Of a DNA stretch of 64,000 nucleotides, positions 1 through 10,969 are shown piece by piece (the first letter of the stretch is position 1; every line of letters starts with the position of its first letter). The stretch comes from an uncultured Ignavibacterium sp. (GTDB lineage Bacteria; Bacteroidota; Ignavibacteria; Ch128b): NCBI GenBank assembly GCA_964454895.1, contig CAYVTW010000007.1, positions 12,338-76,337 of the forward strand. Direction: 5' to 3'. The translations under genes and the position numbers were made by a program. The notes under the pieces are model-generated. The model searched no databases. It saw only the letters and a program-made list of their open reading frames with translations, and was not told where the DNA came from.

Positions 1-194
1 ACAACTTGATTTCTAAAAGATGGATTTATAGAAGGGAATTTTGATTCAGTAAAAATTCTTTCGCCATTAATAATGAGGGGATATTCTTTACCAAAGTTTT
101 TTTCAACTTCGGCAAGGGCTTTTTGAATTCGATTTACATTTTTTTTGTCTGAAAAATCAAGATAAGTTTCATTTTTAAAGTTTGTTTGTGCCAT
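1..194 (-). CDS. Partial gene: N-terminus of 1-pyrroline-5-carboxylate / aldehyde dehydrogenase (RocA/PruA-like); rest lies beyond the window edge
   Basis: Reverse complement of 1-194 reads ATG..MAQTNFKNETYLDFSDKKNVNRIQKALAEVEKNFGKEYPLIINGERIFTESKF, which resembles the RocA N-terminus (..EYPLVINGER..). The ATG is the reverse complement of 192-194. Identification rests on memory of the family. Confidence 0.55.
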   Translation of the reverse strand, partial: MAQTNFKNETYLDFSDKKNVNRIQKALAEVEKNFGKEYPLIINGERIFTESKFPSINPSFRNQV

Positions 195-497
195 ATTTAT
201 ACCCTTTTTAATTTGTTATACATTTATACAAAATTAAGAAAGGGAGGGCTAAGAAACTAAGTAGGAACTTAATCTCTAATCTAAATCTCGGTTATTATCA
301 ATTGAAGATTTAGTAGGAATACTTTAAATACTTTGTTTCTATCGATTTGTGACTTTAATGTTTTTGATGGATAACAAATGGCTAATATCTTTTTTTGAGA
401 TATGATAATTACGGTTTCTTTTTTAGACGATAGTTAATAATAAAGGTTAAATTCTTAGCTCACACATGTGAACATGGATCCACTTATTATCAAACTT

Positions 498-1754
498 TCA
501 AGTCTTTTGTTTCTTTTTCTTTGCAGCTGGGAATAACACATTATTTAAGATCAATCTGTAACCAGGAGAATTTTTGAATAGTGATAAATCAGTTGGAGGA
601 TCTCCAACTTGATGTTGATAATCTTCTGGATCATGTCCACCTAAGAAACAAAAAGTGCCTCTTCCGTAATCACCACGAATGTACTTAACCTGATCAGTTC
701 CCTCACGTTTTCCCATTACTGTTACAGTTTTCTTTATTAATTTTTCTCTAAAAGCTGTTGTCTGTCCAAGAAATCCTCTTATAACATTCACATGATTTTG
801 AGTTAGCATGGTTGGGACAGGATCATACTTGGCAGAAAACTCAAACAATGTGAAATAATCATTTTCAAAGCTTCCAATTTCAATCGGTTGAATATCTATA
901 TCTGAATATTCATAGACATAAGGATTCATTTCCAATCTAAAATCTGTGAAAGCAAGAGTTTGATTGTAATCAAGTTTATTTTGTGCATCAGGATCAGGTG
1001 GATCACCATCATACATTCTATCACAGATATCAGCATTTTTTGCAGCGAGTGCAATATCGTATGAGTCTGTTGCCGAACACATTGCAAATAAGAATCCTCC
1101 ATTTGCTACATAACTTTTAATAGTAAATGCAACATCTCGCATCATTTCGCTTACTTTTCTGTAACCATTTTTCTTTGCGTTGTTTTCATACAAAATTTGC
1201 TGCTCCTGGTACCATTGAGCATTAGCAAAACTAGCATAGAATTTTCCATATTGACCCGTAAAATCTTCGTGATGCAGGTGCAACCAATCATATTTTGCTA
1301 AATCACCTCGAAGTACTTCGTCGTTCCATATTTTATCGTATGGTATTTGTGCATAATCTAAGGCTAATGTCACTGCATCATCCCATGGATTGAAGCCTGG
1401 TGGAACATAAACTGCAATTTTCGGCTCTTTCTCCAATCGAACTACATCCATGTTATTATTTTCATCCTGAACTTCAGCAAGTATTTGTGCAGCAGCGCTT
1501 CCGCTAATTTGCTCGAATCTCACTCCTCGAATTCTACAAACATTTGCCATTTCTTCGTTATAATCTAACATAAAAGATCCACCACGGTAATTCAGGAGCC
1601 AATCTACAATAATTCCTTTTGTTAAGGCATAATATGCAATGCCATACGCTTTAAGGTGGTCGGTTTGTTTTAAATCCATTGGGATTAACAATTTCCCTTG
1701 AGAATAAGAAATTGAAAACAAAAAGAAAGCAAGAAACAAAATTTTTTTTAGCAT
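498..1754 (-). CDS. Hypothetical secreted protein (418 aa) with a hydrophobic N-terminal signal peptide. It may have a glutamine-amidotransferase-like fold with a Cys in an AMCSATDS elbow.
   Basis: Long ORF. The N-terminus MLKKILFLAFFLFSISYSQG is signal-like. No motif firmly recognised. Confidence 0.5.
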   Translation of the reverse strand: MLKKILFLAFFLFSISYSQGKLLIPMDLKQTDHLKAYGIAYYALTKGIIVDWLLNYRGGSFMLDYNEEMANVCRIRGVRFEQISGSAAAQILAEVQDENNNMDVVRLEKEPKIAVYVPPGFNPWDDAVTLALDYAQIPYDKIWNDEVLRGDLAKYDWLHLHHEDFTGQYGKFYASFANAQWYQEQQILYENNAKKNGYRKVSEMMRDVAFTIKSYVANGGFLFAMCSATDSYDIALAAKNADICDRMYDGDPPDPDAQNKLDYNQTLAFTDFRLEMNPYVYEYSDIDIQPIEIGSFENDYFTLFEFSAKYDPVPTMLTQNHVNVIRGFLGQTTAFREKLIKKTVTVMGKREGTDQVKYIRGDYGRGTFCFLGGHDPEDYQHQVGDPPTDLSLFKNSPGYRLILNNVLFPAAKKKKQKT

Positions 1755-1943
1755 ATGATAATAGAATTAAGTTTTATTTTACTTGAATCTATCTTTTTAC
1801 CACAGTTAGTAACTCTAAGAAGAACATTAGCATTTTGATGAGAAAAATTTTTCAAACGAGAACTCTATTTAATTACTAAAGAGATTTTGAACGCTTCAAA
1901 AAATCACACAATAGCTAATTAACTTCTACTCAAAACACATTTT

Positions 1944-3227
1944 CTAACTTCCTGTTTCTGCTTTTGGTTCTTCAATTTTTTCAGATTTCGTTTTGTAAAC
2001 ATAAATTGGTTCTTTGTGATTTAGAACTGTATCACGAGTAATTATGCATTTTTTCAAATTCTTTTTCGATGGAAGATGATACATTATATCCAACATGAAA
2101 TCTTCTACAATTGATCTCAAAGCACGTGCCCCTGTTTTTCTTTCGATAGCTCTTTCAACAATTGCATCAAGAGCATCTTCTTCAAACTCAAGATCAACTT
2201 TCTCCAGCTCAAACAATTTTTTGAATTGTTTGAGAATTGCATTCCTAGGTTCAGTCAATATTTGTTTTAGTGCATCTTTACCAAGTGAATGAAGCGGAGC
2301 AATTATTGGAAGTCTTCCAATCAATTCTGGAATGAAACCAAATTTTAGTAAATCATCAGGTTGAATTTGATCGAGCAACTCGTCGGTAGAAATATCTCGA
2401 GTTCCTCTTACTTCAGCACCAAAACCGACCTTACTTTTGTTTGTACGAGCGGCGATTATTTTCTCAATACCTTCAAAAGCTCCGCCACAGATGAATAAGA
2501 TATTTTTCGTATTGATATGAATTAATGGTTGTTCCGGATGTTTTCTTCCACCTCTTGGTGGAACTCCTGCAACTGTTCCTTCTAAAATTTTTAGAAGTGC
2601 TTGCTGAACTCCTTCACCTGAAACATCTCTTGTGATAGATGGATTTTCAGACTTTCGTGCAATTTTATCAATCTCATCAATATAGACGATTCCCTTCTGG
2701 GCTTTTTCAACATCGTAATCCGCTGCTTGGAGTAATCGAACAAGAACTGTTTCTACATCATCACCTACATAACCAGCTTCGGTGATTGTTGTTGCATCGG
2801 CCATAGCAAAAGGAACATCTAAAATTTTTGCAAGTGTTTGTGCAAGTAAAGTTTTTCCAACTCCTGTTGGACCAACAAGCAAAATGTTACTTTTCTCAAT
2901 CTCAACATCATCAAAATTATAGAATGATGATTGAGCATTAATTCTTTTGTAATGATTATAAACAGCAACTGCTAAAATCTTTTTTGCTTTTTCTTGACCA
3001 ATTACATACTGATCGAGAGTAGATTTTATTAGTTCAGGTGTGAGTATTGCATTTTTTCTTACCTGCGGCGAAAGAGTTTCCAAATTATTTTTTAAGATTT
3101 GAACTGCACTCCCAACGCATAAGTCACAAATATAAACCTCCTTACCAGCAATCATTCCACCAACTTCTGATGCATCTCTTCCGCAAAATGAGCATCGAAC
3201 ATTTCGATAGTTTCTTCTATCAACCAT
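1944..3227 (-). CDS. clpX: ATP-dependent Clp protease ATP-binding subunit ClpX
   Basis: N-terminal zinc finger CSFCGR..CDLC. Walker A GPTGVGKT. Conserved ClpX blocks ([25 protein letters not shown]). Confidence 0.95.
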   Translation of the reverse strand: MVDRRNYRNVRCSFCGRDASEVGGMIAGKEVYICDLCVGSAVQILKNNLETLSPQVRKNAILTPELIKSTLDQYVIGQEKAKKILAVAVYNHYKRINAQSSFYNFDDVEIEKSNILLVGPTGVGKTLLAQTLAKILDVPFAMADATTITEAGYVGDDVETVLVRLLQAADYDVEKAQKGIVYIDEIDKIARKSENPSITRDVSGEGVQQALLKILEGTVAGVPPRGGRKHPEQPLIHINTKNILFICGGAFEGIEKIIAARTNKSKVGFGAEVRGTRDISTDELLDQIQPDDLLKFGFIPELIGRLPIIAPLHSLGKDALKQILTEPRNAILKQFKKLFELEKVDLEFEEDALDAIVERAIERKTGARALRSIVEDFMLDIMYHLPSKKNLKKCIITRDTVLNHKEPIYVYKTKSEKIEEPKAETGS

Positions 3228-3237
3228 TATATCTCCG

Positions 3238-5085
3238 TTAAAAATTTTCTGATTGAATTTGATTAATTAAGGATCTCACTTCGGTTACAAAAATAGAATT
3301 AGGGAACTCTGCAAGCAATTTATTGAAAGTTTGTTCGGCTCTCATTTTATCATTTAATCCATAAAGATAAAGTTGCCCTATTCTGTATAATGCTCTATCC
3401 GAATAGATTGATTTTTCTTTTAGTTCATAAATATAATTAAGCTGAGCCAATGCATCTGAATAGCGATTTCTTAGAATGAATAACTCTGCAAGAATAAATC
3501 TTAGTTTATTCTGAAGAATTGAATAATCGTCATCAAGATTTAGAGTAGAAATTATTTTAATCCCATTATCGAATTGTTTTGATTCTATCATTCTCTCAAG
3601 TTCAATATAAGTTCGAAGCAATTGTGGCGAACTCTCTTGTTCAGTAATAATCATCAAAAACTCAATTGCATCATTAGCGACATCGTTGGTTGTAACTTTT
3701 TTAATATTAGATAAAATAGATTTTGCTGAGTCATATAAACCTTTTTGAATTAAAATCTCAGCGATTTGAAATTGAGCAAGACTTCTTTCAGTTTCGCTAG
3801 CTCGAGAGAATATTCTTATTTTCTCGTAGTAATCGTATGCAGAGTTATAATTACCAAGAATTTTTTCAATATCTCCAGCAAGCAAAAGACCTTTTGCGTA
3901 AAAATCTGTTAAGACATAATTGTTTATCAATTTATTCAATAATTCTTTTGCCTTAGTAAAATCTTGAAAATGTTCTTTGTAGAAAAAGGCTGATTTATAC
4001 AGAGCCTCGGCAACAAGGTTAGGAAGTGTATAATTATTAAAGATGATGGAATAATATTTTAAAGATTCTTTTAAGTTCTTATTATTAGTATCTGCAGCTG
4101 GTTTATAAAGCTTCCAGAAAAGATCTTTTGAAAGAAATTCATTTTGGAGAAGTTGTTCATAAGCACGTGCAAGACCAATAATTGACATAGCCTCGAGATC
4201 TTTTTTCTCTTTGAAGTTTTTGAGGATATATTCAAAACCTTTAACAGCTTCTTCTACAAATCCTTCTTGATATGCACGATTTGAAAAATCTAAAATCTCA
4301 TAACCATTTGAATTTGTGAGTTTTTCTATTTCAAGCGTTAGATCAAAAGCTTTTTTAAATTCTCTTTTTTGAAAATAAAGCCATGATAGTAGTTTAAGAT
4401 GTGACAAGTTTTTGCGATCTAAATTTCTCTCAAAAACTTGGACTGATGTCTCAAGTCCAGCTGGATTAGAAATAATTTGTGCAAGTTTATTTTGAACAAA
4501 CGAAATCTGTTGTGGCTGTTTTTTCAAAAGTTCGATCATTTCTGTACAAGCTTTCGGGTAATTCATCAAGACCGTATTGATGTTAATTAAATCAATGATA
4601 AACATATCATTGTCTATAACTTTGGCTTTTCCTTCTTCGAGGACATTATTTGCATAATCGAACATTCTATTTTGAATTAAAATGTTTGCAATGAATTTAT
4701 AGCTCATTGCATTCTTAGGATCACGATTAATGCCTTGTTTTATGAAGTAATCAATTGAGTCCTTTATGCCTTTTCTTTCATATAGTACAGCGAGTTCACC
4801 ATAGATATTAAAGTCACTTGGATTTTGGTTCAATCTATCTCGGAGAAGTGATATTGCTTCATCATATCGTTTTAGTTGACTTAGCATTCTGTAGTAAGCA
4901 TCGTAGAATTGAAATTGATAAGGATATTTGAAGTAAAGTTCTCGATACAGTTCGAAAGCTTTATCATAGTTGGCAATACTTTCGTAACTCTGAGCAAGGC
5001 GAAATTTATTCCAATCGTCTTGAGATTGAGCTGATAATTCTATCGAGATATAAAAAAATATAAAAACTAACAAAAATCTCTTCAT
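3238..5085 (-). CDS. TPR-repeat protein with signal peptide (615 aa)
   Basis: N-terminal hydrophobic leader. Repetitive Y/F/L-rich helical repeats typical of TPR. Confidence 0.75.
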   Translation of the reverse strand: MKRFLLVFIFFYISIELSAQSQDDWNKFRLAQSYESIANYDKAFELYRELYFKYPYQFQFYDAYYRMLSQLKRYDEAISLLRDRLNQNPSDFNIYGELAVLYERKGIKDSIDYFIKQGINRDPKNAMSYKFIANILIQNRMFDYANNVLEEGKAKVIDNDMFIIDLININTVLMNYPKACTEMIELLKKQPQQISFVQNKLAQIISNPAGLETSVQVFERNLDRKNLSHLKLLSWLYFQKREFKKAFDLTLEIEKLTNSNGYEILDFSNRAYQEGFVEEAVKGFEYILKNFKEKKDLEAMSIIGLARAYEQLLQNEFLSKDLFWKLYKPAADTNNKNLKESLKYYSIIFNNYTLPNLVAEALYKSAFFYKEHFQDFTKAKELLNKLINNYVLTDFYAKGLLLAGDIEKILGNYNSAYDYYEKIRIFSRASETERSLAQFQIAEILIQKGLYDSAKSILSNIKKVTTNDVANDAIEFLMIITEQESSPQLLRTYIELERMIESKQFDNGIKIISTLNLDDDYSILQNKLRFILAELFILRNRYSDALAQLNYIYELKEKSIYSDRALYRIGQLYLYGLNDKMRAEQTFNKLLAEFPNSIFVTEVRSLINQIQSENF

Positions 5086-5350
5086 ATTAACTGACTTTAT
5101 TATTATTTAGGGATCTTCATTTTTTAAATCATTTTAGATATATGAATTCTTAGATTCAGATTGCAATTCTTACTTTTTCACATATCATTCGTTCTAAAAT
5201 TCTCCATTCATTTTTCTTCAATATAGAATTTCCTCTGATAAATTTATGAGCAATCTATTCTAATAATCAAACAGGATCAATTGTAGATTTACTTGATAAA
5301 AAAATAATTCCCCTTATAATTCATTACGGTTCGAAACAAAATTTTAATTC

Positions 5351-5383
5351 TTAAAAAATAACCTACGAACTTAGTCGTAGGTT
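5351..5383 (-). terminator. Rho-independent terminator downstream of serS
   Basis: Perfect 9-bp stem aacctacga/tcgtaggtt (5360-5368 / 5375-5383) with a 6-nt loop. An A-run at 5353-5359 on plus gives a U-tract after the hairpin on minus. Confidence 0.6.
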
Positions 5384-5423
5384 ATGTTGATAAGAAACTA
5401 AAGTGTACTTATTTGTTTCTGAA

Positions 5424-6704
5424 TTAATCAATAATCTCAAAACCAGTGTATTTCTGCAATACTTTAGGGACGATTAATTTACCTTCTGGTGTTTGATAAT
5501 TTTCCAGTATTGAAACCATAAGTCTAGATGTTGCAAGTCCAGATCCATTAAGTGTATGAACAAATTCCGGTTTACCACCATCTTTTCTTCTAAAACGAAT
5601 ATTAGCTCTTCTTGCTTGAAAACTTTCAAAGTTACTACAAGATGAAGCTTCTAAATATTTTTTTTCAACCGGAGCCCAAACTTCAATATCATAGCATTTA
5701 GCAGCTGAAAAGCTCAGATCGCCAGTGCATAAGAGCATTACACGATATGGTATCTTCAATTCCTTCAAAATCTCTTCAGCATCATTAACGAGGCTTTCGA
5801 GCTCATCATATGAATCTTCGGGTTTTACAAATTTTACCATTTCCACTTTATTGAACTGATGAACTCTCAAAAATCCTTTCGTATCTTTTCCGTATGAACC
5901 AGCTTCTCTTCTAAAACAAGCTGAATATCCAACGAATTTAATTGGCAAATCCTCTTCTTTTAAAATTTCATTCCTGTAAAAATTTGTAATTGGCACTTCA
6001 GCTGTAGGAATTGGGAATAAATCATCTTCTACACAATGATACATATCTTCTTCAAGTTTTGGGATCTGCCCAGTACCTATCATAGAATCCCGGTTTACCA
6101 AAAACGGTGGAAAGATTTCTTTATAACCATGTTTTTGCAAGTGATAATCGAGCATAAAATTTATTAATGCTCTCTCGAGTGTAGCTCCTTTGCCAACATA
6201 AACAGGAAAACCACTACCAGATATCTTTGCTCCTCTTTCAAAATCTAATATCTCTAATTTTTTCCCAAGCGAAAGATGATCGAGATAATTTCCATTTTCT
6301 AGCTCGTAAGAATATCCTTCAGGTGCCCATTTTCTCACTTCAACATTATGCGTTGAGTTATCACCTACGGGAACAGATGAATGGGGAACATTCGGAATGA
6401 ATAACAATATCTGATTAAGTTGTCTTTCAATTTCTGAAAGCTGTTTATCTAAAGTTGAAATTTCATCAGATACTGATTTCATCTTTTGAATAATCTCTGA
6501 TGCATCTTTCCTTTCTCGTTTTAACTTCGCAACTTCTTCCGATGCTTTATTTTTTTGAGACTTTAGCTCTTCAACTTTTTTTAATAGCTCCCTCCGTTCT
6601 ACATCGAGGTTAAGCAACTGATCTAAATTGTCTTTTTCGTGTTTATTCTTTATTGCGGTTCTTACAACCTCTGGATTTTCTCTTATGAACTTAATGTCTA
6701 ACAT
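5424..6704 (-). CDS. serS: Seryl-tRNA synthetase
   Basis: 426 aa with an N-terminal coiled-coil arm and a class II core (..GYSACFRREAGS..). Matches SerS throughout. Confidence 0.95.
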   Translation of the reverse strand: MLDIKFIRENPEVVRTAIKNKHEKDNLDQLLNLDVERRELLKKVEELKSQKNKASEEVAKLKRERKDASEIIQKMKSVSDEISTLDKQLSEIERQLNQILLFIPNVPHSSVPVGDNSTHNVEVRKWAPEGYSYELENGNYLDHLSLGKKLEILDFERGAKISGSGFPVYVGKGATLERALINFMLDYHLQKHGYKEIFPPFLVNRDSMIGTGQIPKLEEDMYHCVEDDLFPIPTAEVPITNFYRNEILKEEDLPIKFVGYSACFRREAGSYGKDTKGFLRVHQFNKVEMVKFVKPEDSYDELESLVNDAEEILKELKIPYRVMLLCTGDLSFSAAKCYDIEVWAPVEKKYLEASSCSNFESFQARRANIRFRRKDGGKPEFVHTLNGSGLATSRLMVSILENYQTPEGKLIVPKVLQKYTGFEIID

Positions 6705-6855
6705 TTTCTTTTCCTTTTAATCGAACATATTTTTTGGCTTTATAATAAATGGTAACGCTCCACAAATTGAGCATGATTAATGATGCTGAAAACTTATGGG
6801 ACTTTTGTTGAAGATCCTCAGCATATTATTCTTCATAGCGATACCGAGATTTCTA

Positions 6856-9321
6856 TTATCTAACAACTATATTCAAGATCTTTTTTGTAACATATATTTC
6901 TTTAACGATTTCTTTCCCGTCGATAAACTTTTTAACTCGAGGATCTTCTTTTGATTTTAATTTTATTTCATCTTCAGGTGTATTGATTTCGAAATCAATT
7001 GCCGCTCGAAGTTTGCCATTTACTTGAACTGCAAGTGTAAATGTTTCTTGAACTAAGGCTTCTGGATCGTAATCAAACCAAACAGGAGCTTCAAAAATGC
7101 TTTTATCTTTGCCAAGCAACGACCAACATTCTTCACCAAGATGTGGAGCAAGTGGTGCAATCAAAAATGCAAATCTTTCAAGAGCATAATAAATCAAATC
7201 TTTATTTTGAATTGAATTTAATTTTGAAAAATCGTTTAGAAGTTCCATTAAGAATGCAATCCCGGTATTAAAATGTAATGTATCAATATCTTCCACAACT
7301 TTTTTAAGAGCTTGATTTACTCTTTTATAAATGAATTTTTCATCTCCTGTAAGCTCACTAAATATAATCTTCTTTACTTGCTTATAATTTTTTAGATCAT
7401 TTGAATATTTGGAGAATAACTCATAAACACGATTGACAAATCTATTTACGCCTACAATTCCTTGATCACTCCAATCACCGCCCATATCATAAGGGCCCAT
7501 AAACATCAAGTACATTCGAAAAACATCTGAACCATATTTTTCAACGAACACATCTGGATTTACAACATTTCCTTTTGACTTCGACATCTTTGCACCCATA
7601 TTGGTAATTGTTCCTTGATGTCGAAGTTTATAGTATGGTTCATCGCATTTTACAAGTCCAATATCTCTTAAAAACTTATGTATAAATCTTGCATACAACA
7701 GGTGCATTGTTGCATGTTCGGCACCACCGATATAGCTATCAACCGGCATCCATTTATCTGCTAACTCAACATCAAACATTGCATTATCAATTTTAGGATT
7801 TAAATAACGCAAATGATACCAAGACGAATCAACAAATGTATCCATTGTGTCGGGATCTCTTTTTGCATCAGCGTGACAATTTGGACATTTCACATTCATA
7901 AATTTCTCGTGTCGTAACAGCGGTGATTCACCTGTTGGTTTAAAATCAACATCATATGGTAGAACTACAGGCAAATCTTTTTCAGGAACTGGTACTTCGC
8001 CACATTCTGGACAATGGATTATTGGGATTGGTGTCCCCCAGTATCTCTGACGCGAAATCAACCAATCACGTAATCTGTAGTTTATTTTTTTCTTTCCAAT
8101 ATTCTTTGCTTCGAGATAATCTGCTATTTTCTTTTTACCCTCTTCCGAGTCCAAGCCACTAAATTCACCAGAATTAATCATTATACCTGGTTCTACATAT
8201 GCTTCAGTTAGTTCATCTTCTGGATTTGTTCCTGGTTTCAAGATTACTTTTCTAATTGGAAGATTAAATTTCGAAGCAAACTCAAAATCTCTTTCATCAT
8301 GCCCTGGCACTGCCATCACCGCACCTGTCCCATATGTTAATAGTACATAATCTGAAATCCAGATTGGGACTTTTTCTCCATTGATAGGATTAATTGCATA
8401 AGAGCCAATGGGCACGCCAGTTTTCTCTTTTGCAGTTGAAAGTCGTTCGATTTCAGTTTCGTATTTTACTTTGTCTATGTAATCATCAACATCTCTCTTA
8501 AATTCTGGTTTTGTCAGTTTTTCGACAAGTGGATGTTCAGGAGCTAGAACAACATAAGTTACTCCAAACAATGTATCGGGCCTTGTAGTGAACACAGTAA
8601 TTTTATCACCAGTTTCAGCTTCAAAATCAATTTCAACACCTTCACTTTTTCCGATCCAGTTAATTTGCATTAACTTGGTTTTTTCAGGCCAATCAATTTT
8701 TTCTAGATCTTTTAATAATTCTTCAGCATAAGCCGTAATTTTAAAAAACCACTGAGTTAGAAATTTTTTCACAACAGGATTATCGCATCGTTCACAAGTT
8801 CCATCTGCTTTAACCTGTTCATTAGCTAATACGGTTTGACAAGATTCGCACCAATTTACAGGAGCATTTTTTCTATAAGCTAAACCTTTTTCATATAGTT
8901 TAAGAAATAGCCATTGATTCCATTTGTAATATTCAGGGACGCAAGTCATCAACTCTTTATCCCAATCATACATCGCCCCAATTCTTTTCAATTGTTTACG
9001 AATATCTTCAATATTTTGTAGTGTGCTGTCTTGTGGATGAATTCCGGTTTTAATTGCATAATTTTCTGCAGGAAGTCCAAAAGCATCATAACCCATAGGT
9101 TCAAAAGTATTGTAACCCTGAAGTTTTTTTAGCCTCGTCCATGTATCGGCTGGTCCATAATTATACCAATGTCCAATATGTAATTTTGCTCCACTTGGAT
9201 AGATAAACATTACTAATGAATACAATTTCTTATCACTTTTAGTAAGATCTGTTTTATAAACTTGATTATCTTCCCAGTATTTTTGCCATTTCAGTTCAAT
9301 TTCTTGAACAGGATATTTCAT
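6856..9321 (-). CDS. leuS: Leucyl-tRNA synthetase
   Basis: 821 aa with HIGH motif (LHIGHWYNY), KMSKS motif (KMSKSKGN), and a CP1 editing domain. Confidence 0.95.
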   Translation of the reverse strand: MKYPVQEIELKWQKYWEDNQVYKTDLTKSDKKLYSLVMFIYPSGAKLHIGHWYNYGPADTWTRLKKLQGYNTFEPMGYDAFGLPAENYAIKTGIHPQDSTLQNIEDIRKQLKRIGAMYDWDKELMTCVPEYYKWNQWLFLKLYEKGLAYRKNAPVNWCESCQTVLANEQVKADGTCERCDNPVVKKFLTQWFFKITAYAEELLKDLEKIDWPEKTKLMQINWIGKSEGVEIDFEAETGDKITVFTTRPDTLFGVTYVVLAPEHPLVEKLTKPEFKRDVDDYIDKVKYETEIERLSTAKEKTGVPIGSYAINPINGEKVPIWISDYVLLTYGTGAVMAVPGHDERDFEFASKFNLPIRKVILKPGTNPEDELTEAYVEPGIMINSGEFSGLDSEEGKKKIADYLEAKNIGKKKINYRLRDWLISRQRYWGTPIPIIHCPECGEVPVPEKDLPVVLPYDVDFKPTGESPLLRHEKFMNVKCPNCHADAKRDPDTMDTFVDSSWYHLRYLNPKIDNAMFDVELADKWMPVDSYIGGAEHATMHLLYARFIHKFLRDIGLVKCDEPYYKLRHQGTITNMGAKMSKSKGNVVNPDVFVEKYGSDVFRMYLMFMGPYDMGGDWSDQGIVGVNRFVNRVYELFSKYSNDLKNYKQVKKIIFSELTGDEKFIYKRVNQALKKVVEDIDTLHFNTGIAFLMELLNDFSKLNSIQNKDLIYYALERFAFLIAPLAPHLGEECWSLLGKDKSIFEAPVWFDYDPEALVQETFTLAVQVNGKLRAAIDFEINTPEDEIKLKSKEDPRVKKFIDGKEIVKEIYVTKKILNIVVR

Positions 9322-9822
9322 TTTTTCACCTTTTCTTTTAACAATTAGTTACAATTTTAATGATAATGTGATTGATGTTCAAAAAGGATGAATTAGTTCA
9401 TCGATTAGGAGTGGAATAATTAAACATGGTTTCTATTATCCAACGAACATTATCTAACGAATTCATTTACATAAACTTTAAGAATCCTGAACAAAAAAGT
9501 TCATTTTAGAAATTGTATTGGTCTTTTGAGCTTAAATATTTGATAAAATCGTTAAAGGCACTTTGATAAGACTTTCTTTAAATTTTCTAAGTTTAATTTG
9601 AGAGAATGGTTTTTAACTTGCTTAAAAAAATTAAAAACAAAATTAATTTTGTATGATGCAAATCGGTTTAGAATCTTGTATAGTTGATTGCTAATGAAAA
9701 ATTTAAAAAACTCTTTAAGCAAACTTGAAATAGCGAATGAATTGATTTTTGTTAATCAGATCATAGCCCAGAATTGAGTTTCAGGGCTATGATTACTTTG
9801 ATTTGAAAACACGTCTTAGATT

Positions 9823-9969
9823 TTATTCTTTTGTATCAGTGGATTCTTCTTTTTCAGTTTTAGTTGATTGAGCGGTTGCCTTGTTTTTCTTTTTCTTTCT
9901 TGGTCTTGATTTACCAAATGTTCCACGAAAAATTTTGCCTCTTTTTGTTCTTCTATCACCTTTGCCCAT
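9823..9969 (-). CDS. thx: 30S ribosomal protein Thx (bTHX), 48 aa. Not in the ORF track because it is shorter than 60 aa.
   Basis: Reverse complement reads [48 protein letters not shown]. It matches the Thermus/Bacteroidetes Thx N-terminus ([18 protein letters not shown]). ATG is the reverse complement of 9967-9969 and TAA is the reverse complement of 9823-9825. Confidence 0.75.
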   Translation of the reverse strand: MGKGDRRTKRGKIFRGTFGKSRPRKKKKNKATAQSTKTEKEESTDTKE

Positions 9970-9978
9970 AATTACTCC

Positions 9979-10965
9979 TTAGTTTATTTGTTCAAGAATC
10001 GTTTTAATTATGTCAGCTGAAGTTATTCCATCAGCTTCAGCACTGAATGTTGGAATAATTCTATGTCGCAAGATAGGTAAAGCTACACTCTTAACATCCT
10101 CTATCGATGGCGTAAATGAACCATTCATGACTGAACGAGCTTTTGCAGCAATTATCATGAATTGCGAAGCTCTTGGACCTGCTCCCCAACTCACATTATC
10201 CTTAACGAATTTAATCGCCCCGTCAATTGGGCGAGTTGAATTAGTTAATTTAACAGCAAATTCAATAACATTATCTGCAACCGGGACTCTTCTTACTAAT
10301 TCCTGAAAATATTTTATTTCTTTTGAACTCAATACTTTGTTCACTTCAGGATTGAACTGTGAAGTTGTTGTTTTAACAATTTCAACCTCTTCGTCTTTCG
10401 AAGGATAATCGAGCCAGAGATTGAACATAAATCTATCGAGTTGAGCTTCTGGTAAAGGGTAAGTACCTTCTTGCTCAATAGGATTTTGAGTAGCAAGAAC
10501 GAAGAAAGGTTCTTCCAATGGATATTTATTTCCAGCAGCTGTTACCTGAAGTTCTTGCATTGCTTCGAGTAAAGCCGATTGAGTCTTTGGTGGTGTTCGA
10601 TTGATTTCATCTGCTAGAAGTATGTTAGTGAATATAGGTCCTTTAACAAACTTGAAGATTCTTTGATTAGTAGCTTGGTCAACCTCTAAAATTTCAGTTC
10701 CGGTGATATCACTAGGCATTAAATCAGGAGTGAATTGGATTCGGCTAAATTTCAGGTCGAGTGCCTGAGCAAGCGTTTTAATTAAAAGTGTTTTTGCGAG
10801 CCCAGGAACACCAATCAATAAACAGTGACCCTTTGAAAGCAAAGCGATCAAAAGATTTTCGATTATCTCTTCCTGACCAACAATTACTTTTTTTATTTCC
10901 TGTTTGAGTTTTTTAATGCTCGAGCTTAATGCTTCAACAGCTTCGACATCATTTTTGAACATCAT
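9979..10965 (-). CDS. MoxR-family AAA+ ATPase
   Basis: Walker A GVPGLAKT. Conserved MoxR blocks (ILLADEINRTPPKTQSALLEAMQE). Confidence 0.85.
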   Translation of the reverse strand: MMFKNDVEAVEALSSSIKKLKQEIKKVIVGQEEIIENLLIALLSKGHCLLIGVPGLAKTLLIKTLAQALDLKFSRIQFTPDLMPSDITGTEILEVDQATNQRIFKFVKGPIFTNILLADEINRTPPKTQSALLEAMQELQVTAAGNKYPLEEPFFVLATQNPIEQEGTYPLPEAQLDRFMFNLWLDYPSKDEEVEIVKTTTSQFNPEVNKVLSSKEIKYFQELVRRVPVADNVIEFAVKLTNSTRPIDGAIKFVKDNVSWGAGPRASQFMIIAAKARSVMNGSFTPSIEDVKSVALPILRHRIIPTFSAEADGITSADIIKTILEQIN

Positions 10966-10969
10966 TCAC

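Noticed and set aside
2095-2292. Small plus-strand ORFs (2095-2292, 3047-3241, 7041-7271, 7956-8162, 10010-10306, 13635-13892, and others) inside minus-strand genes
   Set aside because: All are antisense overlaps within strongly supported housekeeping genes (clpX, leuS, the MoxR gene, the PpiD-like gene). They are low-complexity translations with no motifs and are typical shadow ORFs.
9760-9793. Perfect 10-bp hairpin read as the thx terminator
   Set aside because: No U-tract follows it on the minus strand. It is kept as an unexplained structured element in the leuS leader rather than called a terminator.
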